Part shown: positions 37,317-45,018 of the stretch, one piece after another | Layout of the letters: each line of letters starts with the position of its first letter | How positions within the stretch are numbered: the first letter of the stretch is position 1 | DNA from: Spirochaetota bacterium | GTDB lineage: Bacteria > Spirochaetota > Spirochaetia > Treponematales > UBA12059 | Assembly: GCA_029560805.1 (NCBI GenBank) | Contig: JAKQKE010000039.1 | Coordinates: 10,158 to 74,157 of the forward strand | DNA: 64,000 bases | Direction: 5' to 3' | Program-made: the position numbers and the translations under genes | The notes under the pieces: generated by a model | What the model was told of the DNA's origin: nothing | What the model saw: the letters and a program-made list of their open reading frames with translations, nothing else | Databases searched by the model: none

Positions 37317-37955
37317 TTACCTGATGAGCAACGAAACCACCGCGGCGAGCGCGATAACGGCCAGGGCCGGGTCACCGCGCCTGAAGGCGGCCGGACGTCC
37401 CCTGTATCCAGTATCGACTCGATCGCCACCGGACTGGAACCCATCATAGACCGAAATCAGTATCTCGTCGATCCTCCGCATAAAGCCGTCGAGCTTGACC
37501 GAGCCCTTATGCTCGAGGATGCGGTCGTAGCCGCGCAGGGCATCCGCGAAGAACGAGCCGAAGCGTCCGGGCAGCCTGAGCGCCGGCCCGAGGCAGGCTT
37601 TGGAGATGAACATCAGCGCCTCGAAGGTCACGGCCTTCTCGATGCCGGTGAGCAGGGCCGTCTCCGTCACGACGAGGGGGCCGAAAGTAGCGAGGCGCCT
37701 GCCCATCGGTACGAGCAGGTTGGCGGCTACGATGCCGGCCATGACGAAGACGGTCATGAGCGGCGATAGCCTGCGGCCCGAGGCCCAAGCCGCCGCCGCG
37801 GCCGCGGCGAGCATCGCGACGCGGCCATAGAGGGTCGGTTGGAACAGGAGCACAATCGATAGCAGTACTCCGGTCAGCGCCAGCCTCGTCGGGTCGAAGG
37901 CCCCTTCCCAATGCTCGCGCCGCTCGGCCCGGGCGGCCGCCGCCGGCCGCCTCAT
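37317..37955 (-). CDS. Hypothetical polytopic membrane protein
   Basis: 212 aa, ~4 TM segments. ATGA overlap with the upstream Gx-transporter gene. Family not recognised. Confidence 0.55.
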   Translation of the reverse strand: MRRPAAAARAERREHWEGAFDPTRLALTGVLLSIVLLFQPTLYGRVAMLAAAAAAAWASGRRLSPLMTVFVMAGIVAANLLVPMGRRLATFGPLVVTETALLTGIEKAVTFEALMFISKACLGPALRLPGRFGSFFADALRGYDRILEHKGSVKLDGFMRRIDEILISVYDGFQSGGDRVDTGYRGRPAAFRRGDPALAVIALAAVVSLLIR

Positions 37956-38536
37956 GCCTGGCCTCCGGCGGAGGCGTCCGCGACGACGGGCGGGGCGAGC
38001 ACGCCCGCCAGCCAGGCCGACTTGGACGCGAAAGCCTGCGTGAAGGCACCGAGGGCCAGTCCCGAGACGAGTCCGAGCCCGACGAAGGCCGGCGCCATGA
38101 ACCTGGCGCTGTCGCCGAAGACGAACACCCTGGCCAGGGCGACCTGGGCCAGGTTCGACGATACCGCTCCAGCGACGCAGAGGCCGACGTACGACAGCGA
38201 GCGGGGCCCGGCCACGGCCCTGAGGCCGCGCATCACGAGCGCGCTCGCGAGCGTGCCGGCCAGGGAGAACAGCGCCACGTAGGAGAATAGCGATCCGGTC
38301 AGCACGCTCATCCCGACGACCTTGACGAGGGCCAGCGCGATATACGAGCCGAAGGGCAGGAGGTCGACGGCGATCAGGAGCGGCAGGTTGGCCAGCCCGA
38401 GCCGCATGAAGGGCACGGGCCGAGGCAGCATGTACTCCACCGTGGACAGGAAGAAGGCCAGGGCGGCCAGGAAGGCGGCTAGCCTGCGACCGCCGTCAGC
38501 GAAGGTCGGCCTAGCGTACGGTCGCGTCGATCTCAT
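37952..38536 (-). CDS. Gx transporter family protein (heptaprenyl-diphosphate-synthase-component-I-like membrane protein)
   Basis: 'MLPRPVPFMRLGLANLPLLIAVDLL' is the family's N-terminal signature as I remember it. ~5 TM segments. ATG 38536 is preferred over the track start at 38677. Confidence 0.65.
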   Translation of the reverse strand: MRSTRPYARPTFADGGRRLAAFLAALAFFLSTVEYMLPRPVPFMRLGLANLPLLIAVDLLPFGSYIALALVKVVGMSVLTGSLFSYVALFSLAGTLASALVMRGLRAVAGPRSLSYVGLCVAGAVSSNLAQVALARVFVFGDSARFMAPAFVGLGLVSGLALGAFTQAFASKSAWLAGVLAPPVVADASAGGQA

Positions 38537-38921
38537 CAATATGCTCCTCGCCCTCGATTCGGATGAAAACGCCGTTGGGTAGGCAGGCGGCCCATTCGCC
38601 TGCCCGGCTAATCGGCTGGGAGGCGACGCAGGTCCGGTTCGCACATGGAGAGTCGTCGATATGGGCCGCACCGTCATGGATGCCGATCACCGACATGCCG
38701 ATCAGGCCCGGGACGTCTATCTCCCTCTCCTGGGTCAGCTGATAGATCCATTCATGCTCGCCCGAGGTGATGACCAGGACGGACGAGGGCGGCGAGCCGT
38801 AGACGGAGACCGCCAGGTATAGAAACAGGGCCGCCGAGAGCGCCACGATCAGCGCGTCGAGCCACCTGACCTGGAACCCTCCGCGGCCCCTCGTCGCGCC
38901 GGCCCGTCGGATCAGTGGCAT
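38511..38921 (-). CDS. NusG domain II-containing (DUF1312-like) membrane-anchored protein
   Basis: TM anchor 'ALIVALSAALFLYLAVSVY', then a beta-domain with 'IHDGAAHIDDSPCANRTCVASQPISRAGEWAACLPNGVFIRIEG' (Cys-x4-Cys...Cys-x-Pro pattern of the family). ATG 38921 is preferred. The 23-aa Arg-rich extension in the track is rejected. Confidence 0.6.
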   Translation of the reverse strand: MPLIRRAGATRGRGGFQVRWLDALIVALSAALFLYLAVSVYGSPPSSVLVITSGEHEWIYQLTQEREIDVPGLIGMSVIGIHDGAAHIDDSPCANRTCVASQPISRAGEWAACLPNGVFIRIEGEEHIDEIDATVR

Positions 38922-39457
38922 CCGCCGCAGCCGCAGCCGCCTTCGTCGCCGCAGTCGCCATCCCCGCAGCAACCGTCGCCGCAACCGCATTCGCCATCGG
39001 CGTGCACGTGACCGTGCTCGAGCTCCTCGGGTAGTGCCTCGCGCACGTCCTTGACCGTCACGTCGAAGTGTAGGGACTTGCCGGCGAGCGGGTGGTTGGC
39101 GTCGATCTTGACCTCGTCGCCCTCGATGCCGACCACCGTGACGATGTGGGCGCCACTGGCGTCCTGAGCCTGGAACTGCATGCCGACCTCGATCTTGTCG
39201 GGCTCGGCGAAGTCGCCCTTGGCGACCTTGAAGATCATCTCCTCGTCGAGCTCGCCGTAGGCGTCGGCCGGAGCGATGACGCAGCTGATCTTGTCTCCGG
39301 CGACCTTGCCGTGGAGCTCGCGCTCGAGGCCGGGGATCAGGTTGTCGTTGCCGTGGAGGTAGACGAGCGGCTCGCCTTCCGAGCGGTCGATGATCTGTCC
39401 CTGGTCGTCCTTGAGCATGTAGTCTATCGAGACGACGCGATCCTTCTGGATTTCCAT
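38912..39457 (-). CDS. slyD: FKBP-type peptidyl-prolyl cis-trans isomerase SlyD with a Cys/Gly/Asp-rich C-terminal tail
   Basis: 'VVSIDYMLKDDQGQIIDRSEGEPLVYLHGNDNLIPGLERELHGKVAGDKISCVIAPADAYGE' plus an IF-domain. Tail 'HGHVHADGECGCGDGCCGDGDCGDEGGCGCGGCH'. ATG 39457 is preferred over the track start at 39601. Confidence 0.85.
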   Translation of the reverse strand: MEIQKDRVVSIDYMLKDDQGQIIDRSEGEPLVYLHGNDNLIPGLERELHGKVAGDKISCVIAPADAYGELDEEMIFKVAKGDFAEPDKIEVGMQFQAQDASGAHIVTVVGIEGDEVKIDANHPLAGKSLHFDVTVKDVREALPEELEHGHVHADGECGCGDGCCGDGDCGDEGGCGCGGCH

Positions 39458-39708
39458 GTAGCCATCCTTACAGAGAGAGTATGTGTGTCGACGGGCGGGG
39501 CCGAACGGAACGATGCGAACCATGATGCGTCTAGAGCGGCTAAGCCCTGCCTGGAAGCCCAGGATATCACGTCCGTAAAGAAACGCCTTTTCGTCTAACA
39601 TAGGGTACTTATTGGAATGGAGATTTTCAAGTACCGTACCCTACATACAGGGCGGATGGCGTTGAAGGTAGGTCGCTATGGTGCTATAGTCCGCTCCCGG
39701 AGGGCGAC

Positions 39709-40506
39709 ATGACCATCATCCAGGCCGCTATTCTTGGGCTTTTCCAGGGAATCGCCGAATTCCTTCCCATTTCGTCGAGCGGGCATCTGCTCATCTTCAA
39801 GGACCTCATGGGCCTCGCCGAGGTGCCGGCCCTGTTCGACGTCGTCTTGCACGTCGCGACGCTCGCCTCGATCGTCGTGGTCTTCCGTCGGCGCATCGGC
39901 GGCATCATCGCATCGATGGCGCGCTGGGTAGCCAGGAGGCATGGCGAGGGCGACGCGGAGAACCTGGCCATCGTCATCCCGGCCATCGTCGCGACGGCGC
40001 TGACCGGCGCGGTCGGGCTGGCGATCGACCGGATAGACTTCTCGGGCCGCCCCGAGGTCGCCTCGGGCCTGCTGTTGGTCACCGCGTTGATCCTGATAGC
40101 GGGCTCGCGCCTCAAGCCCGGCGCCACGACCTACCGCGGCATGACCGTCCGGCACGGCGTTATCGTCGGCCTGGCCCAGGGCATCGGTGTGCTACCGGGC
40201 ATCAGCCGATCGGGCATATCGATCAGCGCCGGCCTCGCCTCCGGGCTCGAGCGAGGAACGGCCGGCGAATTCTCCTTCTTGTTGGCCATACCGGCCATAC
40301 TCGGCGCCCTCGTGCTCAAACTCGATGAACTGCCGGCCATGGCGGGCAGCGTCGCGGTCCCGCATCTGGTCGTCGGTTCGGTGGTCGCTTTCGCCGCTGG
40401 CGTCGGGGCCCTCCTCGCGCTCATGCCGCTGGTCAGGAAGGGCAAGCTGGCCTGGTTCGCGGCGTATCTCATACCCGCGGGGCTCATCGGGCTTTGTATC
40501 CTTTGA
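39709..40506 (+). CDS. uppP: Undecaprenyl-diphosphate phosphatase
   Basis: 265 aa. 'GLFQGIAEFLPISSSGHL' and 'GLAQGIGVLPGISRSGISI' are the two canonical UppP/BacA motifs. Confidence 0.92.
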   Translation: MTIIQAAILGLFQGIAEFLPISSSGHLLIFKDLMGLAEVPALFDVVLHVATLASIVVVFRRRIGGIIASMARWVARRHGEGDAENLAIVIPAIVATALTGAVGLAIDRIDFSGRPEVASGLLLVTALILIAGSRLKPGATTYRGMTVRHGVIVGLAQGIGVLPGISRSGISISAGLASGLERGTAGEFSFLLAIPAILGALVLKLDELPAMAGSVAVPHLVVGSVVAFAAGVGALLALMPLVRKGKLAWFAAYLIPAGLIGLCIL

Positions 40507-40548
40507 CGTTTAGCCGATACTGGTACATAAGGATCGGAGTCTACGTCA

Positions 40549-43413
40549 TTGGATAGAGTTCATACTGCAAGGCCGACCGTTATCGTCTCGTCGCTCGGCC
40601 TAGCGCTCGCAGGCGCGGCGCTGTTCGTGTCGCTCGTCGCGGCCTCGCTCGGAGCGGCGGATGGTTTCGGGGGCTTCCTGCTCGACGGTCTGTCCTGGGC
40701 CGCGTACGCGTTGCCGGCGTACCCCTGGCTGGGCGCCGTGATCATCGCGATGCCCGGCTTCAGGTACGACCTGCTCATAGGGCTCCTGTTGAGCCTGCTC
40801 CCGTTCGCCTCGCTCGCCGCCACCGCCCGGTTCCTCGACGATCCGACGCACGCCCTGGCGTCGTATCCGGCCATTGCGCCGCTCGGCATCCTCGGGGTCG
40901 CCGCCGTAGGCCTCTGCTTGACTCTCGGCTCCGGCGCCCTGGTCTGCCTGGCCGTCGTTCGCGCTCGAGCCGGCGCTGTCGGCTCCGCCGAGACCGAGGC
41001 CGGAGTCGACGCCGGGCCGGCTCCGACCGGCAGGCGGGTGTCCTGGCGCGGCTCGCGCGATGACGCGCGGGCGGAGCGAGAAACGTCGCTAAAACCGGAG
41101 CTAGAAGCGCCACTAAAACGGGCGCGGTCCGCCCACGTAGCCGAGCAGGCCGAGCCGCCGGTCGGTACGGCCGCCGACGGCTTTGAAACGCGCGCCTTCG
41201 ACCTGAGCTACCCGGACCTGCCTCCGGTGCCTTTCCTGGCGTCCATGGCCGCTCCCGAGCCCGAGAGTGTAGCGGCCGAGTCGGCCGATCCATCGCCGAC
41301 GATAACGTCTGGCTCTGAGGACGTCGCCGCCATGAGCGACGACGACGCCGCGGGCGACGACAGCGCCGCGGGCGACGACAGCGCCGCGGGCGACGACGAC
41401 GCCGCGGGCGACGACGACGCCGCGGGCGATGATGAGCCCGAGTTGCTCGTCGACCTCGATGACGTCCGTCCCCAGGCCGACGAGCCGATACCGCTGATGT
41501 TCGGCCGGACCGAGTCGAAAGCCGCCGCCCAGGTCGGACTCGTCGCCAGCGATCCCGCCCTCGACGCCGATTTCTGGGCCAACGCCGGACTCGTCGACGC
41601 CGAGCCCGCCGAAGGCGAGCCGGCGGCAGCGGATCGAAGGGCGTCCCTGTTACCGAGGGTCGAGGTTTTTCAGGACGGCGAGCACGCCGAGGCGTTGCGA
41701 TCGAACGGCGAGGCAAAGCGTGACTTCGATCCCGCGGCCGTCACGCCGGCTGCGACGCTGGTCAAGGTAGCCAGGCCCGTACCCGAGGAGACGTCAGTCC
41801 CGCCCGCCAAGCCCGCCCCCGCGCCCCCCGAAGGCGAGCCCGCGGCCTCCAAGCCGCGCCTACCCGGCCGCAAGCCGGTCGTAGCCTACTCGATGCCGAC
41901 CGAGGGCATCCTGACCGCCTATCCCGACGGCCAGTACTGGATCATCGACGATAAGACGCGGAAGGCCGCCGAGATCCTCCGCGAGACGCTCCAGGAATTC
42001 GGCATCGAGGCCGAGGTGACCGGCATCCGCAAGGGCCCGGTCATCACCATGTTCGAGATACTGCCCGCCCCGGGCGTGCGCCTCTCCAAGATAGCCAACC
42101 TCTGCGACAATATCGCGCTCAGGCTGGCAGCCTCGAGCGTGCGCATCGTCGCCCCGATACCGGGCAAACATGCCGTCGGCATCGAGGTACCGAACGAGCG
42201 GCGGGCCATCGTGTCGTTCAAGGAGATCGTCGAGAGCGAGACCTTCAAGAACGCCAAGATGGAGGTGCCGGTCGTGCTGGGCAAGGATATCACCGGCGAC
42301 GTTCAGGTCGTCGAGCTGACCCATACCCCGCATCTCCTGATCGCCGGCGCCACCGGCTCGGGGAAATCCGTCTGCGTCAACTCCATCATCCTGTCCATCC
42401 TGTACCGGCGCTCGTTCAACGAGGTCAAGCTGATCCTGATCGACCCGAAGATCGTCGAGCTCAAGCTGTACAACGGCATACCCCACCTCCTGACCCCGGT
42501 GATCACCGAGCCGAAACGGGCGTTCCAGGCCCTGCAGTACTGCATCTGCGAGATGGAGAGGCGCTACAGCCTGCTCGACGCCATGGGCGTGCGCGACATC
42601 AAGAGCTACAACAAGAAGATCGTCGAGAAGAGCATGGCCACCGACAAGCTGCCGTACATCGTCGTGATCATCGACGAGTTCGCGGACCTGATGGCCACCA
42701 CCGGCAAGGAGCTCGAGTCGACCCTGGCCAGGCTCGCGGCGATGAGCCGCGCCGTCGGCATCCACCTCGTGCTCGCCACCCAGCGGCCGAGCATCGACGT
42801 GATCACGGGCCTGATCAAGGCGAACATCCCGAGCCGCATCGCGTTCATGGTCGCCGGCAAGTTCGACTCGCGCATCATCATCGACATGGTCGGCGCCGAG
42901 AAGCTGCTCGGCCGCGGCGACATGCTGTTCTCCGGCTCCACCGACGCGTTCCCGGTCCGCATGCAGGGCGCCTTCGTCTCCGACGACGAGGTGGAGCGCG
43001 TCGTGGCCCACGTCAAGACGCTCGGCGAGCCCGACTACATCGACGAGGAGATCTTCGTCGACGACGAAGACGACGAAGGGCCGTCCCTGTTCGACGACGA
43101 GGACGACGACCCGCTCTACGAGAAGGCCCTCGAGATCGTGCTGTCCCAGGGCAAGGCGAGCGCCAGCTTCCTCCAGCGCAAGCTTAAGATTGGGTACAAC
43201 CGCGCCGCCCGTATCGTCGAGCTGATGGAGGAGAAGGGCATCGTCGGCAAGGCCCAGGGCAGTAAGCCCCGCGATCTCGTGCATAACCCCGACATGGGCT
43301 CGAGGCCGCCGAACCCCCGGGCCCGCTACGGGCCCGACTTCTCCGCGGACGACGACGGGGACGATGATGCCGACATGGCGTCGGACGGAGAGGCCGAGGC
43401 CTCCGAGAACTGA
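40549..43413 (+). CDS. ftsK: DNA translocase FtsK
   Basis: 954 aa. N-terminal TM helices and a long acidic/Pro-rich linker. Motor domain 'PHLLIAGATGSGKSV' (Walker A), 'IVVIIDEFADLM' (Walker B). C-terminal gamma winged helix 'SASFLQRKLKIGYNRAARIVELME'. The TTG start is uncertain. Confidence 0.95.
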   Translation: MDRVHTARPTVIVSSLGLALAGAALFVSLVAASLGAADGFGGFLLDGLSWAAYALPAYPWLGAVIIAMPGFRYDLLIGLLLSLLPFASLAATARFLDDPTHALASYPAIAPLGILGVAAVGLCLTLGSGALVCLAVVRARAGAVGSAETEAGVDAGPAPTGRRVSWRGSRDDARAERETSLKPELEAPLKRARSAHVAEQAEPPVGTAADGFETRAFDLSYPDLPPVPFLASMAAPEPESVAAESADPSPTITSGSEDVAAMSDDDAAGDDSAAGDDSAAGDDDAAGDDDAAGDDEPELLVDLDDVRPQADEPIPLMFGRTESKAAAQVGLVASDPALDADFWANAGLVDAEPAEGEPAAADRRASLLPRVEVFQDGEHAEALRSNGEAKRDFDPAAVTPAATLVKVARPVPEETSVPPAKPAPAPPEGEPAASKPRLPGRKPVVAYSMPTEGILTAYPDGQYWIIDDKTRKAAEILRETLQEFGIEAEVTGIRKGPVITMFEILPAPGVRLSKIANLCDNIALRLAASSVRIVAPIPGKHAVGIEVPNERRAIVSFKEIVESETFKNAKMEVPVVLGKDITGDVQVVELTHTPHLLIAGATGSGKSVCVNSIILSILYRRSFNEVKLILIDPKIVELKLYNGIPHLLTPVITEPKRAFQALQYCICEMERRYSLLDAMGVRDIKSYNKKIVEKSMATDKLPYIVVIIDEFADLMATTGKELESTLARLAAMSRAVGIHLVLATQRPSIDVITGLIKANIPSRIAFMVAGKFDSRIIIDMVGAEKLLGRGDMLFSGSTDAFPVRMQGAFVSDDEVERVVAHVKTLGEPDYIDEEIFVDDEDDEGPSLFDDEDDDPLYEKALEIVLSQGKASASFLQRKLKIGYNRAARIVELMEEKGIVGKAQGSKPRDLVHNPDMGSRPPNPRARYGPDFSADDDGDDDADMASDGEAEASEN
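41335..41435 (+). repeat. In-frame 15-nt tandem repeat (~5 copies) in the FtsK linker
   Basis: Encodes 'DDAAGDDSAAGDDSAAGDDDAAGDDDAAGDD'. The units 'gccgcgggcgacgac(a/g)(g/a)c' are near-identical at the DNA level. Confidence 0.85.
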
Positions 43414-43441
43414 GGCGACGCTTCGGCGAAAGGAGTCCGTT

Positions 43442-43894
43442 TTGCTCGAAGAAGGATCGATCGCGCCTGATTTCACGCTCGACGACGACTCGGGGAAGCC
43501 CGTGAGCCTATCGTCGTTCAGGGGCCGGAAGGTCGTGCTGTACTTCTACCCCAAGGACGACACGTCGGGCTGCACCAAGGAAGCCTGCGGCTTCCGCGAC
43601 GCCTACGGCTCATTCATCGAGCGGGGCGCGGTGGTCGTCGGCGTCAGCCCGGACTCGAGCGGCTCCCACGCTCGCTTCAAGGCCAAGTACGGCCTGCCCT
43701 TCGTCTTGTTGGCCGACCCGGAACACCGCGCGCTCGAGGCCTACGGCGTCTGGGCCGAGAAGTCGATGTACGGCCGGAAATACCTGGGCGTCGTCCGCTC
43801 GACCTATGTCATCGGCGAGGACGGCGCTATACTGAGGGCCTTTCCCAAGGTGTCGCCCGAGGGCCACGCGGCCGAGATCCTGGCCGCGCTTTGA
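43442..43894 (+). CDS. bcp: Thioredoxin-dependent peroxiredoxin Bcp
   Basis: 'FYPKDDTSGCTKEACGFRD' (PxxxTxxC active site with the second Cys five residues later). TTG 43442 with AAAGGAG 7 nt upstream is preferred over the ATG at 43364, which lies inside ftsK. Confidence 0.85.
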   Translation: MLEEGSIAPDFTLDDDSGKPVSLSSFRGRKVVLYFYPKDDTSGCTKEACGFRDAYGSFIERGAVVVGVSPDSSGSHARFKAKYGLPFVLLADPEHRALEAYGVWAEKSMYGRKYLGVVRSTYVIGEDGAILRAFPKVSPEGHAAEILAAL

Positions 43895-43918
43895 TCCGGC
43901 CGTCGGGCCGCCCTCCCG

Positions 43919-44332
43919 CTATTCTCGGGACAGCTTATAGCCCGAGCCGAGCCACCATTCGTCAGCGAGGATAGGGTAAGCGTCGCCGGGGTTGGTTGTA
44001 TCCAGGTAGAGCGTATTGCCCGACAGGTGCCAGGGCAGGTACATGGGACCATTGCCGTCTCCAGTTATCTCGAGGATCCGATCCGCCTCGTGCACCTCGA
44101 GAATCTCTTCGCTCCAAGACGCGGCGTACCCTGCGTACTCCGTGGACTGGCCGAAGTAGCTGACCGTCGTGGCCGTGATGGTGAAGCGCTCGTAGTAATG
44201 GGCGATGGTCCAGCTCCATTCGCCATGCAGCTCGCTCGGGATGCTCGGACCGAAGAGCCCGTCGCAGGAACAGAGCAGGCAGACGGACGCCAGGACGATC
44301 GACGCACAGACAGAAGTCGTCACGCGTTTCAT
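43919..44332 (-). CDS. Small hypothetical lipoprotein
   Basis: 137 aa. Signal peptide plus lipobox 'VCLLCSCDG'. Trp/Tyr-rich beta-type sequence. Confidence 0.55.
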   Translation of the reverse strand: MKRVTTSVCASIVLASVCLLCSCDGLFGPSIPSELHGEWSWTIAHYYERFTITATTVSYFGQSTEYAGYAASWSEEILEVHEADRILEITGDGNGPMYLPWHLSGNTLYLDTTNPGDAYPILADEWWLGSGYKLSRE

Positions 44333-44448
44333 ACGGACTCCTTAACGTGTACTGTTGTCGGGATGTAGGTGTAGTTCTAACAATTCAGTATAATCCGCAT
44401 ATGCTCGATAACAAGAGCGACGACAGGCTTAATCCGGAAGGACGATCC

Positions 44449-45018
44449 ATGCGCTTCTATTTCGCCGCTCCCCTGTTCTGCGATGCCGAGCGGCGCTATA
44501 ATGCCGACCTCGCCGGGAAGGTGGAAGCCCTCGGTTACGACGTGTTCCTGCCGCAGCGCGACGGCGTGGTCGGAGATTCCGAGACGGGCGGCGACGCGGG
44601 CCGCTACGACGCATGCGACGGCGTGGTCGGAGATTCCGAGACGGGCGGCGACGCGGACCGCTACGACACATGCGACGGCGGCGCCACGGACCGAGATAAC
44701 GCATGCGACGGCGGCGCCGTCATGCGTCGGGCCAAGGCCATCTTCGAGCTTGACCTAGCACGCATCGAGGCTACCGACATATTCTTCTACCTGCTTGACG
44801 GCCGGGTGCCCGACGAAGGGGCAGCGGTCGCTCTCGGCATCGCCTACGCCGACAAGGCGGCGCGACGGCCGGATCGGCTGCTCCTCGGGCTCCATACCGA
44901 CGGCCGCTCTGCCTTCCCTGACGCCGCCCTGAACCCGATGCTCGCCGCGGCACTCGACCGCGTCTTTACCGACGAGCGATCGCTCCTGGCCTACCTCGAA
45001 GGGCTGCCGCGCCGATGA
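44449..45018 (+). CDS. Nucleoside 2-deoxyribosyltransferase-like protein with a repeat insertion
   Basis: 'MRFYFAAPLFCDAERRYNADLAGKVEALGYDVFLPQRDG' and 'DGRVPDEGAAVALGIAYA' match the NDT-like fold family. A ~50-aa Asp/Gly/Cys-rich repeat insertion sits between them. ATG 44449 is preferred. Confidence 0.7.
   Translation: MRFYFAAPLFCDAERRYNADLAGKVEALGYDVFLPQRDGVVGDSETGGDAGRYDACDGVVGDSETGGDADRYDTCDGGATDRDNACDGGAVMRRAKAIFELDLARIEATDIFFYLLDGRVPDEGAAVALGIAYADKAARRPDRLLLGLHTDGRSAFPDAALNPMLAAALDRVFTDERSLLAYLEGLPRR
44560..44673 (+). repeat. 57-bp in-frame tandem duplication (2 copies, 2 mismatches)
   Basis: Copy 1 is 44560-44616 and copy 2 is 44617-44673. They encode 'DGVVGDSETGGDAGRYDAC' and 'DGVVGDSETGGDADRYDTC'. 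Confidence 0.9.

Noticed and set aside
38921-38990. Arg-rich 23-aa N-terminal extension of the NusG-II ORF in the track ('MRLRRRLLRGWRLRRRRRLRLRR').
   Set aside because: It is encoded by the alternative frame of the slyD Cys/Gly tail low-complexity DNA. The internal ATG at 38921 gives a normal basic-N-terminus plus TM anchor.
39601-39641. Inverted repeat AGGGTAC...GTACCCT (with inner GTACTT...AAGTAC) in the slyD/uppP divergent intergenic region, considered as an operator.
   Set aside because: It is a short (7-bp) arm seen only once. It cannot be distinguished from chance without comparative data, so it is noted but not called.
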